DNA of 59,949 nucleotides, counting the filler, from Bipalium vagum (Eukaryota): NCBI GenBank assembly GCA_037834085.1. It is 3 parts of 3 records of this genome, joined end to end, with 100 filler letters (N's around TTAATTAATTAA, not from the genome) between each part and the next. Parts side by side here need not be neighbours in the genome. Positions count along the whole stretch, not along the records: positions 17,560 to 43,229 come from JBBMKC010185406.1; 2 more parts are not named here. One strand, written 5' to 3'. The notes below the pieces were generated by a model that had not been told where the DNA came from, did no database searches, and saw only the letters and a list, made by a program, of their open reading frames with translations. The stretch's first letter is position 1. The number at the start of each line of letters is the position of its first letter. This document shows, piece after piece, positions 25,201-39,580 of the stretch. The translations under genes were made by a program, and so were the position numbers.

Positions 25201-28200
25201 AAATCAATTAAAGACCCATAAAAGTCATCTTCATTATGATCAATACATTTTCTTAAAATATTCGGAATTTTACAGAATTACTTCTCTTGAGATAAGTGAC
25301 TTTTCTGTTTTTGGGAAGCATCAATTTTTCCATAATTCACTTAAACTCAAAGGAAGCGAGCGGTAAAAAGGCAGATTTTTTTCTCCAAGAAATCCAATAA
25401 AATTGCGTTCCAAGGAAAATCTCTAAACAGGAAACCAAAGAAGAAAATTGTTCACTTTTCAATGGAAAATTCGAGCTCGTTGATTGTTTGTTTCCCAAAC
25501 CATTCTTTTCAACAAGACGGGGACAAGAATCCACAAAGACGATTTAATTATGTGAATTTATGATATCGTCTCTCAGTAGAACAAAATTAAATTTTTCCCG
25601 GAAAACAGATCGATTTTATTTTTCAATATCGGACAAATTTAAATTTGGGAAAATTTGATTTATCTTTATTTATATAGAGAATCAATATACAATGAGTCTC
25701 CAGAGTTCTTTCTTTTTTATCAATGAACTAATTAATGAGGAGCCAATTATACTTTGTTCTTAATTATCATTAAATAAAAATACAACAATATCAATAAAAA
25801 TGATAAGAAGAAAATGAATATGGGTATGTGTATGAATATGGGTATGAATATCAGTATGAATATCGGTATGAATATCGGTATGAATATCGGTATGAATATC
25901 GGTATGAATATCGGTATGAATATCGGTATGAATATCAGTATGAATATCGGTATGAATATCGGTATGAATATCGGTATGAATATCGGTATGAATAAGAGAA
26001 ATAGGAGGAAGTAAAAGATAAGCGAAATTGAGAGAAATAAAAAATATTGATTAAATTGAAACAAAAACGATCGTTAAAATGAAAAATTCACTTTAACAGA
26101 AAACTAATTTTATTTGTCGACTGAACTGTTTTGACGTTAATTTTTGTAAAGATATGAAATATACCTCAAACGTAGTGATCGTTCCTAATATTTTAGGCAT
26201 CCTGTTCATTTGTGACAACAGTGTTCCTTTAGAATTTCATGAACTCAGCAGAAAAAAAAGAAATGTACGGATTTTTCTTTTCGCGCTTGTTAAATTCGCA
26301 TTCTCTGTTCAATATGTCAGAAAAATCCAAGGAATGTGGTTTGAGACACGCAGGGAGATTCTTACGGAGATGATCCGTTCGTACTTAGTTTTATCTTGAA
26401 GGAATTTTTCTAAATATATCACAAAATGCATTTCTTCCTGAGATCGCAATCTTGAAATAGGAAGGGGATTTCTTGATCCAATTTGTCAAAATAAATTACC
26501 GTTATGGTCCACTTATATTTATGAAGTAACAGCGTCATAAAAACTTCATTCCTGCACTGATTAGTTCAACCGGGGAGGAGTGCATTCCTCCATGGTGGGG
26601 TGGTTGCATTTGCTCGCTGCATTGTGGTGCGTCGATAAAAATGCCTGATCAGATCACGGTGGGGAATGTTTCAGAGATTAATTGCCTTCGTTATTGTTTT
26701 CAGTACTTGCTGCTTTTCATCAAGGGAAATATTGATTTTCGGGGTTTATTTTTCCTTAATAAACTCCATTCCGTTTACTATAGTATCTCTCCATGAAAAG
26801 TCCATCTTGACTAATCATTGTGGTTTTGTTTCATAATCCCATATCTCAAATTATTTTCCATGATTACAATTAAAGACTGAATTTTTATTTATTTATTTTC
26901 TTAGTGGTCAAGTAATAAAAGTCTTGAAAATAATATTAAATATTTATAATATTTAATATATACAGTAGAAACTCGCTATAACGACTACGGTTATAACGCT
27001 ACGCACGATATAACGACTTTGGAAATAATACCGTAAAAATTTACACTGATTTTTCGGGCGAGGAAGTTGCTTTTGGCGATTATCGTTATAACGAATTCCT
27101 CTTTATATCGACGAAATAGACGACAAAAGTCGTTATAATTTTTTTGAAATGTGTTTAAATTTGATGTTGCATTTACAATTTTTGAAATGTTTCGATTAAA
27201 TTTGAATTCAAATAAAATTCGATAAATTAAATTGCCGTGAAATTTCTTTAAATTTGATGTTGTATCTTTAATTTAATTTTATGTGTATTTTTAGTCAGGT
27301 AAATAACTCATCTAAAGGCATGAGTGATGATAATATGCCTTCAGAATCTAACAAAAAAATAGTATTATTATGCCTGGCTGTTGAAATGGCTGAGAAGTTT
27401 CAATAATTTTTTGCTATCTCGAGCTAATGTTCCTTCCCAAGCTTTACATGGCATTGATAATATGTTGGAGTATCTGCTAACAAGTAGATCTGATCAATTG
27501 GTTCAAAGAACTATTACTGGTTATTTTAAATAAATGTTTACTTGTTTGTTGTTAAATAATTTAAATGCTATGTACAAATTTTATAAACTATGAAGCGAAT
27601 AATTCATATTTTATGTAGTTCGGTTATAAGGACAACATTAATATAACGAGGATTTCGGCTGGTCCCTTGAAAATCGTTATAGTGAGGTAATATTTAAAAT
27701 ATTAATAACATTTAATATATAATGATTCTATTATATTTTATCAAATGTTTCATACTTCATTCTCTTCTTTTAATAGCTTGTAAGTCGTATTACATAACAA
27801 TCTTATAGATATAGGGAGGGTCTTATTAAAAAGACCTTAAAATAAACAAAATGTAATATTAACTCAACTTTACAAATAATAAAATTGAAAGATATTATTT
27901 TGGTTAAAAGTTAATAATCCTTTTCTATATTACTCATCTTTAAAATATTAATAATAAATAATAATAATAATAATAATAAAATCGATTTTCTGATCATTTT
28001 TCTTATTTTATTTTTTTTTGCATTAACTTAAATTGTTGTCACATCGATGATTTTATTTATTACACAAAAAATAGAACATTTCAAACAAATCAAATTTTCC
28101 CACCACAGGATTTTCAATTGTATATTATTTCAAATTTATGAATTTAATTTCATTATTATTATAATTTTTATTATACTACTATACTTATAATTATTTAACT

Positions 28201-31200
28201 TTCAAGATTCTATTGATTTTAATTTTCAACGATTTAATTGTATTACAACATTAATTAACATCACAAAATGTAGTTTCTTTTCAATTTGATTGATTTCTGA
28301 TATTCTGCTTTTTGATTGATTGTTTATGTTTTTGTTTTTAAAATATTTCTTTTCCATTCAATCTCAATTTAGCTGATCGTTCTAACTTGATTTAAATGTT
28401 TGTTATTTATTTTTCAATTTGTATTAATAAAATTTGATTATTTTAATTTATTTCATTTAATTTATTTTACAAATTAACACTTTATTATATGTCAAAAATT
28501 ACCTTTTATTTAATTATTATTATTTTGTAGTTATCGCAGCTCCTTAATTATTTTGGATAAATTACCGTATTTCATGAAGAAATGATAAAAATAAAATAGA
28601 TGAATATTAAAAATAATAATATTGAAATGTCAAAACTATTTCATGGATTGCCTACGCTTTGTGAATCTAATGAACTAATAAAGATTGACGAATATTTTCC
28701 CATGCCATATCCGATAGAGGAAGCAGAGAAATGAAAGCAAAATGTCAATAAAAGAATATGTCTGCTAAACAACTTTTCAGATGTTGCTAAACATGTTGTT
28801 GAAGAGGCCAAAAAAGAAGAGGAAATCTGTTACACTTTCACATAGCAAGGTTTTTTGGTAAACTTTTCGTGGTAAAACGAGAAAAAGATATAAATAATTT
28901 CGTCCAATGATCAAAAACGATTAATTGCATTAAATATATTTTCTATTTTTGCTTGGCTTGTCATTTACTTTTGCTTTTCTCACATATGTGACGGGAATTA
29001 TTTGACGGAATGAAAGCTGTTCAATAATTATAATAATTAATGTTTTTATCATCTTCATTATCTCTTCTTAACTGAGGTTCAGTGCAATAGATCTTCCAAT
29101 TTGGAAACCATTGGTATTTCTTGTACAAATTAATGGTTTTCCTGCTTCTCTCTCTGAGATATCGAAATGGCAATAATTGTAAAGAAAAATAAGTATATGA
29201 ATTAGTTTTGTTTAACTAATCTAAAAAATAAATATTCAGAAAGATGTCATTTGAAAAAATATTCGGCAGTCATTGTTATTTTTCAACGTAATAAAATAAC
29301 ATAGGAAATCGTAGAGTGAAATACGAATCGTTATCGAGAATAAACTTTTTATTGGAGAACTTTCTCTACAAACGGTCACATTTCCGCTTTATTTGAGAAT
29401 TTTTGGTTTGGTTCGTTTATGTTTATCTTCTTTCTTCTGATATGTAATTGGTGTCTTTTTTTTAATGTTTTGTACAAATATGATTTCGAAACATTAGTAT
29501 CATCAAAATGAGATTTGATCTGATTTTGTTTTGAAAACCATGATATTTTTTTTCTTTACATCCCCTTTCTGGCTTCTTGTTATTGTTTATGAATTATTGT
29601 TATCTGTTTAAAATGAAATAAATTGTTTGCTTTGGGACATTTTGTTGTGAAAATTACAATACATTATATTATTTATCACCATGGAAAATTTATACATGTT
29701 TCCTTAATAATTCTTTTATTTTAGTTATTATTAAATAAGTTTGATTAATATTTAAAAAGGAAATATAAATCAATTGAATCTATAAAAACTATTACTTAAA
29801 TTGGCAATTACATCAATCAATTATCACAACGTTATAAACTGTTATTTTGCATTACATTATACTGACATTTTAGAAGACACCCGTTATCAAAATTATTTTC
29901 GACAATTTGATAGAAAGCTTGACGATTTACCAGAAAGAAGTACAAATTTTTTTTATCCATTTGAGAATCGATAATTTATTTTGGTAATTAGAGAAAAAAG
30001 ATCTGATTCTTTTAATCGATTAAAATGTCAGGTGTGTAATAAGCTTTCCCAAAAAATCAGGTCTCTCAACCATCAACACTTCAACTTTACAGAAAGATGA
30101 TCAAAATGTATTTATTAGGTGTACAAGTTGAAAATGACGATTTAATAAACAATATTTCCATTTATTAAAATAAATTGTTTTAATAGTCATATTGATTTGT
30201 TTACATAATAGTTTTCTTGCGCTTTAATTCAAAATATGTCCGGTATCATAAATGAGAATATAATATATACTTTTTTCAAAAAACATGTCTTCATTTCAGG
30301 TAAATAAATATCATTTGTTGCACATTTAAATTGTTTGTACATCCAATGAAAAAATCAGCTGAGAGTTATCGTATTATTATGGTGACAAAGCTCTATCTCA
30401 AAAAACATGCGAACGTTGGTTCGATAGATTTGAAAGTGGAAATTTCCATGTTCAAGACACCAAACATCCAGGTCAATCAAAAACTTTTGAAGATACAGAT
30501 TAGCATATATCGTTGAATAAAGACAAAGAACAAACTCAAAACCTTGTAACAAGCAATTTCTGATCGATTACGAGCACTGAGAAGATTAAAAATGCAACGA
30601 ATTTGGAGAAAATGAATATTTTTCGATAACCCAAAACTTATAAAATCTTTGTGCAACTTGATCAACCATCATCGTCGATTACAAAAGTCAATATTCATGG
30701 GAAGAAGACAATACTGTGCCTATGGTTGAATTAAAAGGGTGTGTTGTACTATGAACTTTTGCAACCTGGTCAGAGGATTACCGATAACTGTTTTCAACAG
30801 CAATTGTTTAAGTTAACTGGTGCATAACAATTTTAATTGTTTTAAGTTTTAAGGATTGTAAAAATGTCCTGTTATAATTTCTATAAAACTTATCATCAAA
30901 TAATCTCACCTTGATATCATTTGAGCTTTCCTTCTTTTTGTACCTATTGAAAAGTTTTTTATCACTGATCAAAGTATTTTTTTGCTCATCATCATTGATG
31001 TAACTGATTTGTTTGGAGTCCTTCTTTACAGTGGGAAACGTTTGTTTCACAGGCGAATACAGTCGAGGGTAAGTGCCGTAATCGTCTTGACTTTCCAGAT
31101 CGTAATATTGATAGTTATGGTTGATGTTGTTGTTAAGGTGTGAATTTATGGACTGTACATTATTGGGAGATAGAAACGGTTCGGGATATGATTTTGAAAG

Positions 31201-33766
31201 AGTAATTTGATTTGATGTTAACTGGCTCACATCATTGATCCATTGAGAAACCTTGATAACATCATTCTTAGAAGACCTTTGTTAAAAGAGGAATCAGGCT
31301 TTGATTTTGACAAAACTGAAAATGACTTACAAATGATTGTTGAGATTGTGATCATCGGAAAACTGGCGATTAACTGTGCAAAGAAAAAATTAGGAAAATA
31401 ATGAAAATCAGTCAATATTGATTATTTACCCTGAGTAAATGGAGAGTTGAGACTGTTGTAATGAATTTCGTTGAGTTCGGCAAAACTTTCATGGTATTTG
31501 ACAGTATCTATTTCGTCTGTGATTTCACTGATGTCGGCAAGCTGGTGGAAATCTGGTTTCAAGTCATTCGAGCTAACCTTTTGATACTCATATTGCGTTT
31601 CCTTATACATCATAGGTTAAATAGATTGAAAAGTTATGATGTCACAAGAAAGTACTTGTGATATCATAATGGCTTTTGTCGATTCTCCTATTGCTCCGAG
31701 AACTTGCTTAACGGTCTCTGGTGTTGAAATGGTACTGAACGAATAGTTCTTTTTGTCAGAAACCGTTTCCGATTTCTCATAAACATTCGGACCATCAACC
31801 CACATTTCCTGACCAGTTAAAATAGCTGTTTTGGCCATACGTATAGCCGATTTTGGCCATGCCAAAGCGTTAGTTCTCGGATGACTTTTTCTCTTAATAA
31901 AGTTGACCGGTGTTCCATCACGAGAATAGCTCGACTGAGACAGTCTCAGGTCTTTGCAGCCCTTTAAAAGATGTTTCATTAAAGAAAGAACATCACAGAA
32001 TTCCTAACCGAATCGGAATCCGAAGAGATGAAAACCGACCTCAGTCTCCGGGACATGAACGACTCGTCGTCGCTGTTCCTCCGTTTTTCTTCTCGGAGAC
32101 AAATGACGGTTTCTGCACAGGAAATTTCACTGTTTGATGTTATTTCTGAATCGGAAAATTTTCCCGATTTCTTAAAATTGTATTTGCCCATTCTCATATG
32201 ATTGTTACACTGACCGATGAAGCCGGATTCACTGTGACAGACATTCCAGTTTTTCTTGAATTTTATCTTTAAACGCTGAATACGTCCCGACAATTGCAGC
32301 AGCTGCGTTTGTTTTAAACAGGGTTTTATTTTTTGATGAATTAAAACAACAACAAAAAAACATTCTCACCTGATAAGAGTCGGACAGGTTTTTTTCTTTC
32401 CCTGAAATCTGTATGATAAAGGAATGGCAAGCGATGTTTTGTTGGAAGATCTCGGAAAACAATTTTTGGAAGTTATTCTCGATCCTCGTTCGTTTTGTGT
32501 CCTTGTTCAAGTGAGATATGATGAATTTCGAGACCAGTGGAAGCGACATGGAATTTTGAAGATTTCTGTATTTCGTTAAATCCAACTGTAACAGGAAGAT
32601 TTTCGAACATTTCGATGACACTAAAACGTTGGTTGATAATAAATAAAATCTAAAGCACATTTGTTTTAATCAATAAACCTGTACAAGACAGAGATTTAAG
32701 ATTGGTCTGCTGATATAAATGAAACACATATAGAACGTGTTTTCGAATTTTGTCGTCTTTCGAATCGAAACCCTTTTCAAGTTCATTGAAAAACCCTAAA
32801 GCCGTATTTACATCATTGCAACGTCGACAAAAAGAATTGTCAAAGGACCAAAAATCGTTTTGTTCACAGGATTCGTTGCAATTTCCTTGACCCTGATCAA
32901 TTATCTTGTCGTTTTCTTCATCGATTTCCAATGCTGAGATTCGAACCGAATATTTAAGAGCTCGTCTTTCTTCACAAATATCCAAATACTGATAAAGCCA
33001 TGTGGTCAACGTTTCCAGGAAATGTTTGTTCCATAACCGAGAACTTTTCTTCATGCCTAAATCATGAAACAATCATAAGATCAAAATGGATTTTTTGTCA
33101 TTTATGACCTCTGTTAACTGAAAGGATAAACGAATTTTCATTCTCAACGATTCTCCTTATGACAGAGACCAGAATATCCTCTGATATGGAATCCTGTGGA
33201 ATAAAACCATTGATCAATTGTTAGATTTTAAACTTGTGAACAATCTGGCGGTATCACTACTTTATTAGTACAATATTAAGTGAATTTTTTTAAACCGCAA
33301 CATTGCTCATCTACATTATATTCTTTCAACATCTTTCCTTACTTGGACCGATATCGAATCCAGTAAAAATGTTCTCTGGACCTTTTGGCTGAAATAAGAC
33401 TGATTTGTCCCTGGATGGTTAAGGATGATACTATTTGTTTTAGTATTGACCGTAAAATTATTATCCAAGCTTTCCTGATAATGATGAACTTTGACCACAT
33501 TATAAATCTAAAATATTTATAAAATATAAATATAAAATGTAATTATAATTATGAAAAAACACAACTTCACCATTTTTTAATATTATTATTTTTATACATT
33601 TTCATAATAATACTATTATTAGTAGTACAATTTGTAGTAAAGGAAAAGTGAGTACAAATATTCCTATTGTCAAATTTACCTTGTCATAATAACTAGTTGA
33701 ATAAACATTTGAAAAATTTTCCAATGCTGGGGGCAAATTTTTCTGCGGCTGTTGAGAGCTTTCCAT
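19242..33766 (-). CDS. KIF26: KIF26/vab-8-like (kinesin-11) protein. Exons 33766(or 33812)-33680, 33507-33343, 33193-33109, 33056-32679, 32620-32370, 32302-32009, 31961-31656, 31601-31430, 31373-31331, 31276-30910, 20230-19991, 19943-19638, 19587-19458, 19399-<19242
   Basis: Phase-consistent GT-AG model. KIF26 hallmarks: WLYQYL..CEERRALKYSVRISALEI, HVLYVFHLYQ, LLQLSGRIQRLK, NSEISCAETVI (compare SSEQSCDTVI), EMWVDGP, SSSSGYGSVITKDSE (compare SSGYESVMRDSE), C-terminal YLDELEEDTNIIRDSIAFYKS. The true start may lie further upstream. Confidence 0.87.
22113..23103 (-). mobile_element. Internally deleted hAT-like element with a CGGBP1-type zinc-finger N-terminus
   Basis: ORF 22625-22942 has C-x2-C...H-x5-H (LLCSCCNTYI...VDKHRATIKH) and FTRNITKAILVADIQLWKL. 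About 22420-22470 gives an STSAV.RSFSML remnant of the hAT dimerisation motif. Right end agggcctc with repeated ttattgac subterminal motifs; the left end is approximate. Confidence 0.72.
25814..25993. repeat. 12-bp minisatellite (ATGAATATCGGT), about 14 units, in the KIF26 intron
   Basis: Direct reading, with GGGT and CAGT variant units. Confidence 0.97.
26963..27690 (+). mobile_element. pogo/Tigger-like non-autonomous element
   Basis: TA|CAGTAGAAACTCGCTATAACGA start, repeated tataacg subterminal motifs, decayed right TIR tcgttatagtgagg, and Tigger-type C-terminus VQRTITGYFK*. Confidence 0.85.
30113..30825 (+). mobile_element. Truncated mariner remnant
   Basis: TIR tattaggtgtacaagttgaaa. 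Remnants CERWFDRFESGNF and IHGKKTILCLWLN*KGVLYYELLQPGQRIT. Confidence 0.85.
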
Positions 33767-34855
33767 TTTTCTTAACGACAAGCAAAATTCAGGGCGATCA
33801 TGAAAAAAAATTCTACAAAGAGAAAAAGGGGAAAAATAAATCCATTTGTTTTTCTGTTATTAATTAAATATCTTTCCAGCAATACACACTAAACTGTGTG
33901 AAAGCTCCATTTTCATTGGTCGATAATATCAATATACAAAATGGGCCAATAGAATTCGACTATCCCTTTATTTTGTTAATATATAGAATTTATCAATATA
34001 ATGTATCAATGAAATTGGGCTTTAATTAATTAATTTATATATTTTTTTTTATTTATTTATATATTCGACTGAAATCCATTTGATGGAGTTAGAATTCAGA
34101 TTTTTCTTACCAACACGCAGTCACATATCTACCATCAAATGGACAGTTGAATTTATTTCTACCAGTCTCTTGGTTACAAATAATAAAATGTTAATTTTAT
34201 TTTGTTTCCAGCTTGATGGAAAATAGTGATTATTGATCCTCTTTCCCCAACAAAACCGCTGGGTTTCTTAACACTAAAATCACTTTAGGGCGAGAATCAG
34301 CAATTCACTTGTTACATGCAAAATGTACTGATTAATAAATTATCGATAAATTGTGATCTTTTTTTTCTCGGAAAATTATTTATTTTCCCCTTTTATCAGC
34401 AATGGATGAAACCATTTCTCATTCCGAAATTGTCACCTTGAAGTGCAGTGGAGTTTCACACGTGGGAGTAGAATGACAAAGATTGAGGAATTTTTGACTC
34501 ATTAGACAGGGCAAAAAATTTTCTTTTCTCTTTTTTAAATGGTCTTTCGTTTTTCTCTCCAAACTTTTATTCTACTTTTGCTTGGCTATTTTTCGTATAA
34601 ATTAATTAATCGTTGTTTGTTTATTTTTTATAATAAATAATAATTTTAATAATTAATATATTATTGAAGAAAATCCCTAACAAAATATTTGTTACAAGAC
34701 ACATTAAATTGTTTCAGCAAAAATTATTGTTTTAAACTGAAAATGAATTTTTGTTTAAATTTGTCGCTTATTTTTGTTTAAATTTATCGGTTATTTTTGT
34801 TTGGAAGCACAACTGTTAAAATTGACTGGTGTTTTTAATACTTTATTTAAAATGA

Positions 34856-35907
34856 TATTTGGCTGTTAAATAAGTCCATCCGGTTTTTAAGAATGAAATT
34901 AAACTGCTGCTTATTGTTTCAAAAAATAATTTTATTGGTAAATTTATTGATGTATTATCGAATAATTTTTTGTTTGAATAATCTATTTTTTATCGAATTT
35001 TTAAGTAAATTAATTTGGGAGATATTTTTTTTCTCATGAATATTTGTTCGTATTACTTTAAGAAGGATAAGCGAGCTTCTGGTGCTATTAAAAATACTTG
35101 GGATGTATATGGTGATGATATACTTACAGATCATGTGTGCCATAAATGGTTTTTAAAATTCCATGCTGGAAATTTTAATTTAAACTTATCACACCACTCC
35201 GGTCGTGCAGCTAATTTAACAGAAAGTTGAATCAATCTGTAATTCCATTCTGAAGCGTGAACAAGACATCCCATTTATAAAACAATTATTTACAGGTAAT
35301 GAAAAATGAGTAGTTTTTAACAACGTGATGCGAAAGAGATCATGGTGGCATAAAGACTATCCGCCACAAATATCAAAGGCAGGATTGCAAATCAAAATAA
35401 TCCTTTTATTTTGGTATTAAGAGTCAAATACTATGAGCTTTTGCCACTTGGCATAACGATCACTTCGGATTTTTACTGCTTGAAATTAACAAAGTTGATC
35501 AAGGAATAACCAAGAAAAGCATTCAAAAATGTCAAGTCATCAGTGCATGATTTTTCAACATGACAGTGCTAGACCCAATAAATTTCTGCTCATCTGGAAC
35601 AATTTACTGAGATTTTAGTAAGATGTTTTACCTCATCTATCATACTCACCAGACTTGTCTCCTGCAAGCTGCCACTTGTTTAGATCAATGCAAAATTCTT
35701 TAAATATGAAATCTTTCAGTGATCATGACTCACTTAAAACACATCTTGACTTATTTTTGGAAAAAACTTAAGGAGTTATACGAGCGGAAAATAATGAAAT
35801 TCGTAGACAGATGACAGGAGGTCACTAATCAAAATGGATAATACATAATTGATTAAAATTCTTTTAATTAATAAATTTTCAATATTAAGTTTTAATGAAA
35901 CCCAATA
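34856..35907 (+). mobile_element. Decayed mariner element
   Basis: TIR-like tatttggctgttaaataagt. [52 protein letters not shown] and QNG*YIID*. Confidence 0.9.
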
Positions 35908-38900
35908 TATCATCTTTGTATAGTCAGATTAAAAAAATTAGAAAATATTAAAGATGTTCGAAGAAATTAGCAAACGATCTGTCTACTGGGAAATTAAACC
36001 TGGTAGAAACCCATGAAAACAATGAGCTGTTTGCATCGAAGACTAATTGTTGAAACAGATTCTTTGAAGCGACATAAAGCATTAGGAATACGACAAGTTA
36101 CGGTTAATGGTGGTGGACAAACCATTCGTCAACTGTTCGTTGTTTGTAAAAATGTAAATCTCGGTTAACTTAAAAAACACCAATAATTTCATAAAGGTTA
36201 ATATTGATATAAATATTTTCTGATGGCGTTTGATGGAGACTGGTGTAAATAAGAGGAGTCCTAATCGAATTGTTTATCAACATGGCAGGGTTTAGTGACA
36301 ATTTGAGCAGTGGCTCTAATTTTTGCTGATATTCTCACACTAACAAATATGAGATAAGCTATTAAAACGGCCAGCCGCGATCATAGACTCGACTGTAATC
36401 GAATTTCCATTTTCTCTTTCAAACTTTTACTGTCTGTTTTGGATACGACTCTCTAAATGGCGACAAGTCCAATAATGAATCTATTTTCATTTTTTCCAAA
36501 AAATTTCCCTTCAGTCATATACTTTTTTTGTTAATATGACATTATTAATCTTGTGTTAAAAAGTATAATTAATTTTTTATATTAGTTCCAGTAATAAATG
36601 ACCTAAATTTTTATTATATGATGTAAGTATTGCAATTGTTTTAACAAATCAATTTAAAATTGATTTTCAGATCAAATATTCAAATGACAAACATTTTAGA
36701 AAATAATAATGCACACTTTAACAAATTTCTTTCCCGCAATGTCCAACATGAGAACATATAAGATACACTTTGGTCATTGTATCTTCTATGAATTTTAACA
36801 ATGCAAAAATGTAACAGGAGGAAATGAATCAATATAAAATAATATTTATTTTATTTAAAATATAAATAAATTGGAACTCAATTATTTCCGAGTACTATTT
36901 CATGTCATTTTCTCATAAAATATCTTTAAAAAAATCATAAAAGATTTTGAATTTTCAAATTTGTGTTTGATTAATTTATAAAATTTCACATTTCTTTTAA
37001 ATGTCACCAAATCGATACTAACAGAGAAAATAGTCAATCTCAATCATTTCTTCCAAAATCACCCAGATTGCTTACCATTACTTCGACATAGGTCGCCACC
37101 AAACACTAACAGGCCAAAACTTCGAAGAAGGAACCAGTCCCTTTCATCCGAGAAATTGTTCCTTCTACCAAACAAATTAAAACCAGTTACCCAAGTAAAT
37201 GATGATTGTGTTCTGGAATTGGTATAAAACCTTGATTTTTATCTTGTATTATAATGTTCGATATAATAATAATTATAATGTCAATTTGCTTAATTCATTC
37301 TTCTTTTATTGGAAAAGATTGTTTACATGATGGAGATTCGGTTACCTGGTAACGGTATCAGGTATGAAAATGGCACAGTATTGTCAAGACGATTTCTGAT
37401 TGGTTATATAAATTTCAATAAGAAATGTTACGATAACGATGGGGATCAGTGCCTCTTTAGTGTCTATTTAAATCTCTCACCTACGAAAATCAATCACAGA
37501 AATGAATTGCCCCCGAGAAAAGATAAAATTAGAAATGTACTGGAAAATTTATAATTCTTTTTTTATTTCTCTATGCTGAATCGGAAGTTTATGTCAGATA
37601 TTTTTCGAAAATTTTTCAGATTTTTTCTTTAATTGATTGCTGTGATTTAAACAATTAATGGAAATATGATTTTGAAAAATTATGAACTAATCTTGAACGA
37701 TAATCATCAAAAGGACGGTAAAGAGACAATGGGAATTTTTAAATCATTTATATTATATTAGGTTGTAAAGAAATTAATGGTGGTTTATGAAACTTAATTT
37801 TTGCAGTATGAATTAATAAAGGAAAATTTGTTTTATTAATATAAATTTGTTTTCATATTGAAGCGTAACTTTTAAAAAGGTATTACAACAAAAAATTTAA
37901 TAAATAATTAATATCTATAATTTTGTAGGCATTTGAATAATGATTGACGACTCCCAAATTTACAATATTATTATACAGGGTGTTTAATAAATAAGTAAGA
38001 ATATTTATAATTTTTATTAATTAATTATTAAGACGGCAAAAGGGTCAGAAGTGTAATAATAATAATCATAATATTTTTAATTTGTGAATTTTATTTCGCT
38101 CTGCAGATATGAGCGTTCTTTTTTGTAATCTTAAAATTTAATTCTGCTTTGTTGGGATAATTTTTACAAAATGTAGAAAATAAAAGGAGACCGCCACCAT
38201 TGTCCCATGTACAGAGCAAACACTTTTACAAAGCTCTTCCAAAATTCTCAGCCAGTTTGACTGTTGGAGAAATATCAATTGTGGGCAGTTATTGTCAATG
38301 TGAAACAAATGATCCCAGAAAGTTGTCCAGTTATCGATTGGTCTCCGGTCGGGAAAATTGGGGGGGCTGAGAAAACTTTGGGCAAACGAGGCATTTTAAT
38401 TGAACCAATAAAGGCTGAGATTTCATTGAAATCTGGAAAAAAGTCAGAGAAATAATATTTTTATTATTATGCTTGGAAAAACTGCTACTTAATTCCGGGG
38501 AATTTTTCTGAAAAACTATCAGAAATTAACCAGTGATTTGCCATATTTTAATTTAATTTTTCACGAAAAAATTCTTCCACTTTTCAGCGTTACATTCATT
38601 ACTTTGATGAAAATTTTTTTATTTTATACAAAAATATTCCCGTGGAAAGTTGGAAATTTTCTGACCCTTTACGATTCTCCATTGATTCTTTTTCCTAAGA
38701 ACTTCGTATAATTATTTCCTCCCAGAACATATCCCACCCTCGAATCTGTGATGACTTTAATAAGTAAAGATCCAATATATTACCTTAATCAAATTGAATG
38801 TTATTAGAACAGATATGTCATTAATAAATCATCAGAAGCTGTCAAGTTAGAGAGAGTCGTAAAATAATGATATAACCAAGCCAATTGGGACTTAATAATT

Positions 38901-39087
38901 TAGTGTATCACTGCTTCCAATATTTTATCTTATTATTTTATGGAAATATTTTTCAGGATTCCACAAGTATTTAAAAGAGATCTTTATAATATCACGAAAT
39001 CAAAAAATTCTACAATAATTTTGGCAATTATTATCATAAGTTTTTATTTTATTTAGAAATTAATTTTCATCATTGTTCCTTGAGGAT

Positions 39088-39580
39088 ATTAGGTTGAGGA
39101 AAAATTATTGTCGCTTTTCTACATATAAGCTTTAAAACAAAACTATATTAAGATTTCGATTAATATTTTTATAATTATTGATTTATAGAATAATATCAAC
39201 CTCTATTGAAATATACCTTTATTTTGCTATTTTAGGTTTGTTTGATTAATATAAAATTCCGTATAAGAGACAATGACAACGGCTCAAATTTATCTGCTAT
39301 ATGAATTTAAATTAATGAGAAATGCATCAGAGGCTACATGCAAAATTTTCCAAGCTTTGGATAAAGATTCAATGAGCAAACGAAATGTTCATCATTGGTA
39401 TAAAAGATTCCATTCTGGGACACGTCTGTGTAAGACGAGTATCGTGCAGGGCTATTGGTAACAGTTCAATCTTGAACAATGAGCTCGTTCACTTGAGGAC
39501 ATATTTTGGATTGGCAAAACCATAGTTTGCGAACATCGCCGACAAATTGTAAAGGTTAAAAAGCTTCAAAAGAGGGTTAA
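39088..39580 (+). mobile_element. 5' fragment of a mariner element
   Basis: TIR tattaggttgaggaaaa. ORF 39273 LYEFKLMRNASEATCKI...VHHWYKRFHSG is a mariner HTH. Confidence 0.82.

Noticed and set aside
25747-26064. (IPIF)n and (MNIG)n ORFs as proteins, or the array as CRISPR
   Set aside because: These are by-products of a 12-bp minisatellite; there are no spacers and the context is eukaryotic.
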